Below the pieces are notes generated by a model that saw only the letters and a program-made list of their open reading frames with translations, did no database searches and had not been told where the DNA came from. From the NCBI RefSeq assembly GCF_001194135.2, contig NC_068990.1, forward strand, positions 87,472,666-87,536,665: a stretch of DNA of 64,000 nucleotides, in the 5' to 3' direction. The first letter of the stretch is position 1. Each line of letters starts with the position of its first letter. The stretch comes from Octopus bimaculoides (lineage: Eukaryota). The translations under genes were made by a program, and so were the position numbers. Shown here piece after piece: positions 25,976-38,860 of the stretch.

Positions 25976-26031
<56 letters not shown>

Positions 26032-26065
26032 GTCTGTCTGTCTGTCTGTCTGTCTNNNNNNNNNN

Positions 26066-26141
<76 letters not shown>

Positions 26142-27350
26142 TTTGTATTTGAGGAGTACGAATATATCTTATTTGTATTTGTAATTAAATGTGTATCATT
26201 AATAAATTGAAAATAAGCTAAAAACATTTTAAATTTACAGAAAGTGAAACTGCAAATGCTTTCAAGTGGAAATAAAATATATCTATGCTCTTCAAATTTA
26301 ATCGAAAAACATTATTTCTATAGAAAAAAGGCAAAAAATTGTATTACATCAGCAAATCCACTATCGGCAATCAATTGCTGATTAAATTTTTAAAATCCTT
26401 AAATTTAAAAAGGAATAAAATTAAAAGAAATTTTCTTATCGTTGAAGATAAAGTCATAAAACGCTGAACACTGTTTAAAAAGCATAATAATAAGACAAAA
26501 ATGCCTACTATTGCGAATATTTTTCTTTTTTTCTAAAAGGAATATATTTCTGATGTTATTTTTATTGTTGATATACATTGCACTCATTGTAAAGTAGAAG
26601 AAATAATATAATGGATATATTTTTGTAGTCACTTGTTAGTTCATTTCTAAAAGTGTTTGTAACAGTGAATGAGGAGAAATATATTTTTTGAAGGAAATGG
26701 AACTGAGGTAATTAGAAGACGAACTATGTCGATAACAAAATGAAACGGTAGTTTGAATATGATAAAAAAAAAAGATGGGTGGAGAAGAAGGAAACATAAG
26801 CTAACCCGCTCATCTCTCTTAGTTTTCTAGTCTCTCTTCTTTTCCCCGTGTTTGTAATAAATACTTTTTCTAGTAAATATGAAATATGGAAGCATATGAT
26901 GTTTAGCCTCCAAAAATCTTTCAGATAACAATAGAAAAAAATATCAAAAGCGAGGGCAAAGGTACCAATATGGCTGTGGCTTTCGGTTAGCAAAAATTAC
27001 CCCAAATTTGCAAACTTTAAAAGCTATTATTTTTGCTTTTATTAATTTAAGGCAAAAAATGAATTTCACTTCCATAATTTGTATACAAAACTACATCAAC
27101 ACACCAAATCTGAAATCAGTTGGAACAAAATTGAAAGCCAAACAAAAAGATCCTGTATGAGAAATAGGAGCGGTGAATTCCTGAGAAGGAGGAAAGAAAT
27201 GAAAATGTTGAATTATTCTCGGATGTGAGGCTGGTAACTGATCAAATCGAGGCTTCAGCATAACCTACAAAAAGATTAACAGAATTGGATCCAATTCTAA
27301 TGTCCATACCCCCCCCCCCCNNNNNNNNNNNNCCCCCCATTGACCTGTCG

Positions 27351-27900
27351 CTAAAAGTCTTCTGCAAACGAGAAGCAGATGAGACTGAGTACAAATTCAG
27401 CAAAAGTTAATAAGGTAGCAGTACTATAAGGCGATAGTTGAAAGATATTTGAATGTGGGAAGGTCGTACTGTGAGGAATGACGGTATGTGGAGAATATCT
27501 AAGGTGCATAAGAATCTGAAGAGAACGGGGAGGAGAAGGAGTCGAAGAACTGGAAGACAGGATTTGTGTCATGGCAGAAAGAAAGGAGGGAAGCTGATGG
27601 GGGGAAAGAATGAGGTCGAGGTATTTTGATAGGAAGTCTCTGGTGCAATTATAGAATAAGACGATGAGGTGGCAAGGGTAGTTAGGTTCGTGGATTTGGA
27701 GAAGGTGGGTGCGGGATGTGTGTATAATGAGGTTGATGGCGGCGAGGACGAAGGAAGAGGAGATAAGCTGGTGGACGGTGACGTATACGAATTTCTGATA
27801 GTGGAGAGTAGGATCGGGGTAGGGACGATAGAATTTGGAATTGTGAATCTGTCGGCGTGCCACTGCTTGTCGAGGTCAGTGTAACAAACGTGCACCCCAG
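27351..27900 (-). mobile_element. Penelope-like element, reverse transcriptase fragment (frameshifted)
   Basis: ARRQIHNSKFYRPYPDPTLHYQKFV..NLIIHTSRTHLLQIHEPNYPCHLIV..FLSKYLDLILSP..STATLLTFAEFVLSLICFSF resembles the PLE RT motifs RQLSDxxFYxxLxxDPT, PRTARFYLLPKIHKPxxPGRPIVS and LLRLAELVLTLNxFSF. Confidence 0.75.
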
Positions 27901-28359
27901 TCAGTCAGTTGGATTCTGAGCTTATCTTGACTACACACAACGCGTGCGCATCCGCATCGATGGTATTTTGGGTGTAAATCCTAGGTATGCAATATTGACT
28001 AACATATATAAATGAATGCAATTAACAAATCAGATTTTCGTATCAGTTCTTATGAGAGCCAGCAGAGAAGAGGATACCTACGTTATACACATGTTCACCC
28101 ACAAAACAATTTTAAATAGACAAAAGTTAACACCATATATATGTAATTAAAAATTTTGAGAATAAAATTTATTCATAAATAAATGGTAGCGTGTTAACTT
28201 TAGTATCGAAATTACTAATTAGATTATCCTGTTATCCAGTTATCACCCATCTCTTTTAATCGATTCAATACTAATCAAGAAATGGGGACGTTTTCAACGT
28301 TTGAATATACATATAAAATGAACTAAAAATGCATGCAAAAAGGTCAACTGATATCAATA

Positions 28360-28578
28360 CAGTAGCGAGCTGTCAGAATCGTTAACACGCCGGGCGAAAT
28401 GCTTAGCGGTATTTAGTCTGTCTTCACGTTTTGAGTTTAAATTCCACCGAGGTCGACTTTGCCTTTCATCCTTTTGGGGTCGATAAATTAAGTACCAGTT
28501 GCGTACTGGGGTTGATCTAACCGACTGGCCCCCTCCCCACAAATTTCAGGCCCTGTGCCTATAGTAGAAACGGTATTA
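28360..28578 (+). mobile_element. Near full-length family A SINE
   Basis: gcgagctgtcagaatcgttaacacgccgggcgaaatgcttagcgg...tttcaggccctgtgcctatagtagaaa. Confidence 0.85.
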
Positions 28579-28940
28579 ATATTTAAAAGTGTACACACAC
28601 AAAGTAGCTCTGCGTTACTTTATTCTGTGTTGCTTTTTATTTATACAAATATATGATGAACAAAGATATAAGAAATGATGTTCAATAATTTATTTTCTCT
28701 GGTGGAAAATTTTTATGAATCTGAAGATACCATTATTTTGAATAAAATATAATGTTATAAAAGAAACAATTTTTTTAACCTCATTAATATTTTTAATATG
28801 AATTTCATACGTTTTATTCGAATTGATTGATTTTAATTTGTTCTGAATAATAAAAGCTGAAACAACTCAAATCAAAGTTCAATTTTTCATCTTTTAATTT
28901 GATATTCGTTTATTAACTTTGACATCAAATAGGTGTGAGT

Positions 28941-29002
<62 letters not shown>

Positions 29003-29130
29003 NNNNNNNNNNNNNNNNNNNNNNNNNNNNNNNNNNNNNNNNNNNNNNNNNNNNNNNNNNNNNNNNNNNNNNNNNNNNNNNNNNNNNNNNNNNNNNNNNN
29101 NNNNNNNNNNNNNNNNNNNNNNNNNNNNNN

Positions 29131-29174
<44 letters not shown>

Positions 29175-30274
29175 TGCGCGTGTGTGTGTGTGTGTGTGTG
29201 TGCGTGTGTGAGCGCGCCTGTGAGTGAGTAAGTGTAGGTTAGACGAAGAGGTACTTTGGAAAATAAAATCAACGTAATATATTCTAAATATTATCTGGGC
29301 ACGATCATGTTTCTAGCAGCCAGACGTACATAGAAGTATATGAACACGGGTTGTTTTCATCAGTGAAACTATAATGAGAGTATGAAGAAGATATTTCCTG
29401 TTTATAAGATCGTGAGGGGCGAACTGGTGATATAAGGAAACATCAAAGATGTCCTGATCATAAATATGCCTGGTTTTCTTTGCAAGTTTTTGCAAGTGTA
29501 TTCAAATCAACGAAATTAATATTAAAAGTGCAATTATAATTAGCTTTTAGAAATGAGCTGTTTTAGTAATTATATGAGCTGTATCGAACGTTCGATGTAC
29601 GATGTAAGGAGATAATAATAACGTCCTTACAAATCGTTCTACTCAAGATACTGGTAATAACCCTCAGCAATACGCAACTCTCAGTTTTACCCTNNNNNNN
29701 NNNTGGTAATAACCCTCAGCAATACGCAACTCTCAGTTTTACCCTGCTGTGAAGGCTCTCTGCATATGTCCATTTATATTGTGGCACAGTCCATTAGGAG
29801 CCAACCAATAGGGGTGGTCTACTTCCACACAACAATATGAATATATACTTAGAAAGCTCAATACTAGTATAAAATATCCGGTTTAGAATAAGAAAATAAA
29901 TAATTATTACTAAAACGAACAGATACACGAAATTAAATCAAACTTCATATTGAAATGATTACATAATGCATTCTATATATTGACCGAGAATGAATGTGTT
30001 CATAGCAGAACACGTTTATGGAAACTTGATGTTTTCATTAGCGGGATTTTGCAGTTAATATGCAGTGTTTCTTCATCAGTATTTTGCTTGATTTTATTTT
30101 CGAATGTTACTTTTTCTGTTTTTAGATATTTCCCCATTATATTATTGCCCTAATTTTCTCTGAACCCTCTCTCAATCTTTTTGTACAAAAAAAAATGTTT
30201 ATTTTATATTTGCGAAGCATTTATTCCTATAATTACTGTATGTATGTATGTATGTATGCATAATATCCATGGTG

Positions 30275-30568
30275 TGTTGGACGGTGTGGTGATGAGATAA
30301 GCCGGAAGGAGAGGACTGCGACGTCAACTGTCAAGGGGTTTGACCGGAACAGGAAGGGTGAGAGAGGAAGTGAGGGAAGGAAGACCAGGAGTGCTCACGA
30401 CGAATGGACGTGAGGCGAGGGGGTGAGAGAGACGGGTACTAGTAGCTACTATCGATAGGTGCGCGGGCTGGGCGCGAGTTTTGGATTGAGTACAGGTGGA
30501 CGGCAGAACAACGAAAGGGTAGGCGAATTGATTCTTATTTCCCCGAATTACACTTCCCTCGCACAACA
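30275..30568. mobile_element. GC-rich insert with TGTTG...CAACA termini (possible solo LTR)
   Basis: Sharp GC/CpG-rich island bounded by inverted TGTTG/CAACA; no matching target-site duplication seen. Confidence 0.3.
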
Positions 30569-30617
30569 GACTGTTACGGAACCATATCAGCGAGAGAGAG
30601 AGAGATAGAGAGTGAGT

Positions 30618-30709
<92 letters not shown>

Positions 30710-33029
30710 GTCTGAAGAATGGGGCAAGTATTGTAAAACGAATTGAGTTAAAGGTTGCAGCTTTAAAAGAATTCTTGAATACATTTACAAAATTATCACT
30801 CTTGATCTTAGCGCACATCACACAAGTAAATAAACAGTTTTAGAAGAATTTCAGTTTTTAACGCGGATTTCTTTATGGCTGAACAGTTCATAAATTTCTT
30901 CCAAACTCGGTCATTCCGTTTCAATATTAACAAATTACTGTATCATTAGAAATATGAATTCTATAAAGCTAAGGCTATAAAGCGACAAATTCAGTTTGTG
31001 ACGAGAGTGGGAGATTATGTAAGAGTGGGAGATTATGAAAGACCGAGAGTGAGAGGTGGAAATGTGTGGGAGTAAAAAGCAACGTCAGGCGAGCGAAAAT
31101 AGAAACGAATATTGTTAGTATATTGCATGTGTAATATATTTTAATTATTTACTGAAACCACAAATCCGAACAAGAAAAGCAACAAATATTTGCACAGGTA
31201 AACATTCTGAAACATTTTAATATCAACGACTTATACTATATCGTTGGAAAATAACAATTTGGAATTGAATATACACCATAATCTAGAAAAATGTATCATG
31301 TTTTCAAAACTTGGACCATATATTAAGCGAAACGAACGTTAGTTGATTGTATGTTTAATGTTTTCCAAATAATTGTTTTGTGTAACGACAAAATGGCGGA
31401 AACGGAGCACGGAAAGTAAAAACGGCAAGTGAAGTAGCAGCTGCAAGACATGCAAGTGCCCATCGCAGGAAACGGTCTTTGTTGTAAGAAAATTAATATG
31501 AACGCGAGACCAGAGGAAGAAATGAGATTCTAAGTAAACGTATGGAAATACTAAATGCATTGCAATAAGTACTGGGAAGGAGAAAAATAGAGAGAGAATT
31601 GTTCACAGAAGAGGAAATTCATCACAAGAGATAAAAGAATAGAGAATAGCAAAAAAAGATTTTCAGAAAGAACAGGACATTTATCACCGCAAGAAATAGA
31701 GGAAAGGAGAATGGATAAAATAAGAATTAGAACAAAAAAGAAACAATTATTAGAAAACGACATGGAAGAAAAAATAGGATAGAAAGAAAGAGAAAGAAGT
31801 GAGGCAGAAAAGGGGAAAAGGAAGAATTGTAGACAGAAGTGACAAAGAAACCGATCAAGCAGCTCTATTGCATCGACAAAATATTGCTGGGAAAAGAAGA
31901 CTGTTTAGAGTAAGATCTACATCTCCAATCACGCGGAAGTTTCATATATTGAAACCAAGATTCGACCTCATAACTTACAGCGGAATAAATGGTATCTGCC
32001 AGTTCTGCACCTCACTGGAATATTTATCACACAAATATCTTCTATATAGAAAAGAATAATGGGCACAACCTGTCTACATTCAGGTTTATCTAAAAGGACA
32101 AAAAACAAAGGAAAGAGATGTGAGGTTGCAAAATAGGAGATCGTATCAAACAAAGAAAATAAGAAGCAAGATAAATAATAATACAATTTAAGAAGGTGAA
32201 CACCATTATTATAGTGAAATGAAAACTGCGTGCCACTTTTGTGATATTTTCAATTTTTTGCTAGAATATCTCACTTTGGAGAAATTTAACAACTGTTGCC
32301 ATAAAGGCACAACTATGCCAAACGGTCCTTACTGCATAGGCAAATTTATAATTGGGCGTCTTTTCAACACGCATAGAGTTAACTCTATGTAGTTGACTCC
32401 AAACAAACAAACAACCAAACAATCAAATGACGTTAGAATAAATAACAAGCGTGAATAGTGGTTGTTTAGATGAGTCTGCTAAAATCTGAATTTATTCAAA
32501 AAATAGTTTTTAAGTTAAAAATGTATAGATTAAGTGAAAAATGGAGAAAACTATAATACATGATAGTTATTTACCTGCAGTAAATATTGTATTTAAGAAT
32601 GAAGAGAGTTCAGACAGATGATATTAGTGAAGAAGTAGTCATGATATTTAGAATAAAGATTGAGAATTACCATACGGAAAAGATTTTCATCTTATTCTCA
32701 GCGATGATAATACTTCAGTGGTGTATTTAGTAAATATACTTAGTCCAAAGTTAGAATCCAATGACATACACTTAAACTACTCATTTAATGAACCTGCTTG
32801 TTAAGCAAATAATCATATAAAAAAAGGAAATAAAAAAAAAACATCGACGTTAATTAAATTATTTTTACAACATAAGGTAGCATCGTCTAGCTGTCTGGCA
32901 TCATGTCAATCCAATTTAGAATGGAAAAAATTTCAGCAGTTGTCTGTAAATTCCTGTCTTGAATTTAAGGTAAATAACTTGAACTGTATATGTTCATAGC
33001 AAAGACACTTTAAAGTTAAGAAGAATAAA

Positions 33030-33210
33030 CGGTTCTCTGTCGATTTAGAAAAGGTGCACGATGCACCATGCTTCAGGTGTCAAAGTGATCGCAGAGCAAC
33101 GTGCGGTGAAGTATTTTGCTCAGGAACACAACGCATCACCCGATCTAGGAATTGAAACCACGATCTCGCGATCGTGAGTGCCACACCTTAACCACTAGGT
33201 CATGCGCCCT
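33030..33210 (-). mobile_element. tRNA-headed SINE (family B-type head) in intron 1
   Basis: Reverse complement gtgagggcgcatgacctagtggttaaggtg..cacgatc..gtttcaattcc.. contains A-box and B-box-like motifs; same head type as 57490. Confidence 0.7.
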
Positions 33211-33234
33211 CACAACAACAACAACAACAACAAC

Positions 33235-33293
<59 letters not shown>

Positions 33294-33346
33294 TTATTAT
33301 TATTATTATTATTATTATAGTTAACAAAGACAGTAAACAGACGGAG

Positions 33347-33424
<78 letters not shown>

Positions 33425-33482
33425 TAATTAAGAGGCGCTGAAACAAGAAAGGAAATTAAGATAGAAATATGTGAACACTTAC

Positions 33483-33750
33483 CTGCAAGGTCAGCGACGG
33501 CCATATTAGACAGAAGCATGTTGGTGATGTTACGCAGTTTCCGTGTGAGACCAATCAATAAGAGAATTGATATATTGCCAATGATTGAGATAACAAAGAC
33601 AATTGTATAAAGGCTGACAAGTGCTATATCATTCCAATCAAATAACATTGCCATATCGTCTGCATAATCTTCAAACACATGAGTGAAATTGCCCAGTGAT
33701 CCGTTATACAGATCAAACATCATTTCATCTATATCAGATACTGATGCCAT
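33483..33750 (-). CDS. Class A peptide GPCR, coding exon 1 (N-terminus, TM1, start of TM2)
   Basis: ATG at 33750 in good Kozak context (ccaagATGG). Translates MASVSDIDEMMFDLYNGSLGNFT...LYTIVFVISIIGNISILLLIG...RNITNMLLSNMAVADLA, with the TM1 GN, the TM2 LxxAD-type motif and N-glycosylation sequons NGS/NFT. Ends at donor G|GTAAGT (phase 1). Confidence 0.93.
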
Positions 33751-35867
33751 CTTGGTGGGGTTTTTTTTGTTTTGTTTTCTTTAAGTCTGTTGGTTTGATA
33801 TTTTTATTTTTATTTCGTTGATGATAATGGTCCTGGTAGTAGTGATGACTTTGAAGATGATAGGTCAGAGGAGGAGGATACTATGAAAATCCTGATCCAA
33901 AGAGCAGCAGTTATACCTATATTAAAAATAGCTACACACACATATATATATATGTATACACACACATACGAACATGTTCATATGTATATATATGTATTTG
34001 ATAATAAAAAAGTAACAAGGCGGGGGTATAAAAAGAGTGAAGGAGAGGAAGAAACTGAATGTCTTGCTGGTGAATAAAAGAGCATTTGATAACAAATCAG
34101 CACCAGAACTACCCTCGGAGGTTAATCCTTTCAAATGCAGCAACAACTCACTCTCTTGGGGGACCTTTACATTGACAGCAGATGCTGCTCTGTCAAGATC
34201 CAAACAAGATTTTCTCGGTGTAGATAGATCAAAGTTTACGGGAGACTAACGGACGCCATAGTTATAAGTGTTACATAATTCCAAGGGACACAAAATATTA
34301 GTTCTTCATTTTAGCCAGAAGACAACCCATGAGATTGACGATGATTTTTCAGCATAAATCACCCTGTTGTGTGATCTGAAACAATACGGAGTGTTGTTTG
34401 TTGCATACGGATGTTTGTGCGAGCGTATTCGTTTATTTGTTTGTATTCGTGTGTTGAAACAGCAGAAGTAGGTGGTGTATATAGACTTCCAGGAAACACA
34501 TACATTTGTTTGTAACACTCATTTTCAAAGGTGAAGCCGTATAGTTTTTTCATCTCCTTCATGTTGATCTTCTTCCTACATTTCCTTCAAAAATATTTCT
34601 TGCAAAATTTTTTCTTATTCACTTTCAGATTCTCCAGGCTTTTAGAATACTTCCATCTATATTAATAGATATTTTTAATAATCTCTGCATCATTGTTCTG
34701 AAATATAAAACAGAATGTCTGTGATCAGATATTTGTGTGCGTATGTCTGTGTGAGTGTGTTTAGTGTACGTATATATGTATGTATGTATGTATGTATACA
34801 TATATATATATANNNNNNNNNNNNNNNNNNNNNNNNNNNNNNNNNNNNNNNNNNNNNNNNNNNNNNNNNNNNNNNNNNNNNNNNNNNNNNNNNNNNNNNN
34901 NNNNNNNNNNNNNNNNNNNNNNNNNNNNNNNNNNNNNNNNNNNNNNNNNNNNNNNNNNNNNNNNNNNNNNNNNNNNNNNNNNNNNNNNNNNNNNNNNNNN
35001 NNNNNNNNNNNNNNNNNNNNNNNNNNNNNNNNNNNNNNNNNNNNNNNNNNNNNNNNNNNNNNNNNNNNNNNNNNNNNNNNNNNNNNNNNNNNNNNNNNNN
35101 NNNNNNNNNNNNNNNNNNNNNNNNNNNNNNNNNNNNNNNNNNNNNNNNNNNNNNNNNNNNNNNNNNNNNNNNNNNNNNNNNNNNNNNNNNNNNNNNNNNN
35201 NNNNNNNNNNNNNNNNNNNNNNNNNNNNNNNNNNNNNNNNNNNNNNNNNNNNNNNNNNNNNNNNNNNNNNNNNNNNNNNNNNNNNNNNNNNNNNNNNNNN
35301 NNNNNNNNNNNNNNNNNNNNNNNNNNNNNNNNNNNNNNNNNNNNNNNNNNNNNNNNNNNNNNNNNNNNNNNNNNNNNNNNNNNNNNNNNNNNNNNNNNNN
35401 NNNNNNNNNNNNNNNNATATATATATATATATATATATACACGTGCACGCACAGACAGGCAAAAAATATTTCAACGTTCATTAGAATATACACAAAGTTT
35501 CCTATATATTTCTAATGCCTGGACAATGATCCTTGTTTCTGACTATAATGTGGGGTAACCATATAATGAAACTAGTATACGTAGCGTCGTTGACGGGATT
35601 TTAAAGAACATCAACTGGAATATATCGAAAGCGGCCGACATTTCAATGAAATTTATATACTAATACATTATGTATTAAAAATTAGTTCACATAAAGAATT
35701 CAAACTGTTGAATTAATAGTTAAATAGTTAAGGGCATATCAAATATTAGTGGTTGAAATAAATATTTCTTAGACGCAACGAGAAAATCATTTGTTCTTTG
35801 TACTAAATTTAGTAAAAATGTCAATGGAACAGAACAAATTCATATATATGTATATATATATATATAT

Positions 35868-35924
<57 letters not shown>

Positions 35925-36435
35925 NNNNNNNNNNNNNNNNNNNNNNNNNNNNNNNNNNNNNNNNNNNNNNNNNNNNNNNNNNNNNNNNNNNNNNNNNNNN
36001 NNNNNNNNNNNNNNNNNNNNNNNNNNNNNNNNNNNNNNNNNNNNNNNNNNNNNNNNNNNNNNNNNNNNNNNNNNNNNNNNNNNNNNNNNNNNNNNNNNNN
36101 NNNNNNNNNNNNNNNNNNNNNNNNNNNNNNNNNNNNNNNNNNNNNNNNNNNNNNNNNNNNNNNNNNNNNNNNNNNNNNNNNNNNNNNNNNNNNNNNNNNN
36201 NNNNNNNNNNNNNNNNNNNNNNNNNNNNNNNNNNNNNNNNNNNNNNNNNNNNNNNNNNNNNNNNNNNNNNNNNNNNNNNNNNNNNNNNNNNNNNNNNNNN
36301 NNNNNNNNNNNNNNNNNNNNNNNNNNNNNNNNNNNNNNNNNNNNNNNNNNNNNNNNNNNNNNNNNNNNNNNNNNNNNNNNNNNNNNNNNNNNNNNNNNNN
36401 NNNNNNNNNNNNNNNNNNNNNNNNNNNNNNNNNNN

Positions 36436-36676
36436 GTGCATAATTATTGCGGCTTTTTTCAACAAATTTTATTCAACAAAAACAATAACATGTTACAAAA
36501 AAACATCGTTAAATGATTATTCCGGAGCACATTCACCATCTACTTCAAGTACTGCTTCCCATTTGCTTGACAGACGGTCAGACCGTCATTTAAAGATGTT
36601 TTTGTTAAATATTGTTATTGTTTTTGTTGAATAAAATTTGTTGAAAAAAAGCCGCAATAATTATGCACCAACCCAA
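36436..36676. mobile_element. Mariner-derived MITE with about 80-bp inverted arms
   Basis: gtgcataattattgcggcttttttcaacaaattttattcaacaaaaacaataaca and its reverse complement. The right end is ..gcaccaacccaa|TA and the left end runs into the gap. The internal rc translation DRLSSKWEAVLEVDGECAPE* resembles a mariner C-terminus. Confidence 0.8.
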
Positions 36677-36779
36677 TAGTATTCTTGAAAGGAATATTAG
36701 ATTTTCGGATTGAGTTCGGATTCAAGAAGAGATGAGATGCAGCTTTACGATCATAGAGTGCTGCAGGGTCAGTGAAGAT

Positions 36780-37110
36780 AATATGGAGCGCCTAAAGAAA
36801 CATGCTAAACCATGATGAGTATATTTGTAGATGAGCTGTATCTGCAGAAGGGCAGTGCACTTAAAGGTTAGTGAAAAAGAGAACTATGCCAAACTAATGA
36901 GAAACTTGCAGTTACTCTATCTGGAGTATAACTTCAAAATTCATACCTGTGATAATTTTGGGTATTTGAGTAACTAACTGCCTCAGTTGCTTGAGAAACT
37001 GGATTTCACAATACTAGAATGTCACAGCTAATTATGAAATTTCAAGGAAATTTTGATTGCATGCTGTTAATACAACTATGAATAAAATGTATAACATTCC
37101 AGGAGTTTAG
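36780..37110 (+). mobile_element. RLE-type non-LTR retrotransposon 3' fragment (same family as 18420)
   Basis: EKENYAKLMRNLQLLYLEYNFK..LLEKLDF. Confidence 0.55.
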
Positions 37111-38149
37111 CGTAATGAGTGTATATGCACACGTGTTGGCACGAAACGTATATCTATGTACGTATATATGCATAAGTGAAAACACTGAAATTCAAACATG
37201 CAATGATATCCATGCAAGTGCACTCATTTAAACGCTTGCGAATGCATGCATACGTACATACACACACACACATATATGCATAGATTACAATAAAAGAGCC
37301 TTGTTCTGGGTTTGAAAGACACACTTTCTCTATTAAAAGAAAAACATTTTTTACTAAAACCAGAAAAATACATACATGCATATATACATACGCATATACA
37401 TATATGCGCACACATACTCGTGTACTAAGGTGACACGTACACCTATTAAATGAGTACAATTACATACACACGTACAACTTCTTCTTTGCATACACTAACT
37501 CGTATATTCGCAAATCTCGGGAATTGTCTTAAGTCAAACAAAAAAGCCTTGTCATTTTAATGACCGGCTTGAATCTTGCAAAGAGCTCAAATTTCAAAGA
37601 AAAAAAAGCATACATGGACACATATATAGACATAAAGTCATTCATGTATGCGTAGATACTAACACACAAACATTCTTACATACATATATAGTCATTCATA
37701 TATGCATACACACGTACGTCCATACGAACAAACGCACATACATATATGTAAACACACACACGCACACAAACAGACGTACATAAATACATACATACATACA
37801 TACATACATACATACATACATACACACATGCATGCATGCATGTATACATATATTTTTAAGTTCAGTGTATACAGCCTTTGAGTGTGGTACACTATCATTA
37901 CGACAGCAGTTATTAAATAGTGAGAGCAAAAATATTATGGTTACATCAATGTAAATGCCTAAAATTGAAGAGGGAAAATCGTATGGACGGTTCTATAGCG
38001 AACACTAGTTAACATCTGAAAAAGTACTCGATTACAGATGACCTCCCATGGGAACCCAGAATTGCTGAACTTACATGTTTCAACAAGTACATTCAAGATA
38101 AATATTCTGCGTACCCCCTTCCCTCTCCCCAAATGCAAATAAAACCCCC

Positions 38150-38860
38150 ACAAAAAATCGAGGATGATGCCAGCATTAATATATTTCGAAGAATCTGATG
38201 TTACAATCCAAGAGCATGGAATACTTATTGAAATATGTAATGCAAAAGACAATACAGCTCTTAACTCACAAGATTCAGCTATGGAGATCAATTACATCAC
38301 TCTTCCTAGGAATACATTACACATGTGCTCAGCAAATGCCTCAACATTTCATCATTGTAATAACTCCCATGATGAAATGCATTGTCGCTAAAATATTATG
38401 ATCTGTCATCCGCAGGAAGACTGCTCTGTGATGAATATAGATGTTGCCCTCGTTATTGAATGCCTTCACACATATCAAATCAAAGAATATTGCAACATTC
38501 CCAGTAAAATATCTGCCAAATGCGATCTTAGCCGAAGAGGTCAGCTGAGCTGCAGATGTGAACATTTCTTCAGCAATCAATGAAAAGGAAAATATTTATG
38601 GATGGAAACTGCAGCTTACTTATCCTAAATCACATCTATGCGAATGATTATTTGTTATCTTAGTAAATATTTTATATAACGATCCGAAAAATTTGGATTT
38701 TAGGGAAAAAAGAAAATAACTGGTTAGCATGCACTTCACAAATGAAATCTATATTTGTAGAGGAAAAGTAAAAGTAAGTGTTTTCTAAAGTTAGTTCAAC
38801 ATGTAACATTTGATATCTTTATTCAAGCTAATTCAATACCCGTCGCTTTGCTGACGGCAA
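38150..38860 (+). mobile_element. Possible highly decayed Helitron helicase remnant with a nearby terminal-type hairpin
   Basis: Weak fragments (MMKCIVAKIL; FPVKYL) and hairpin ccgtc-gctttgct-gacgg at about 38839-38857. Confidence 0.3.

Noticed and set aside
29652-29745. Direct repeat of about 42 bp
   Set aside because: It straddles a 10-N gap and is probably an assembly artefact.
31380-31420. YY1/ETS-like motifs (CAAAATGGCGGA; also near 45570-45655) as promoters
   Set aside because: Short motifs with no associated gene or transcript evidence; they could be TE-internal or chance.
33817-33940. Acidic coding-looking frame on the plus strand (DDNGPGSSDDFEDDRSEEED) just upstream of the GPCR ATG
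   Set aside because: It is short, has no supported splice partners, and is explained by GAT/GAG-rich low complexity in the probable 5'UTR.
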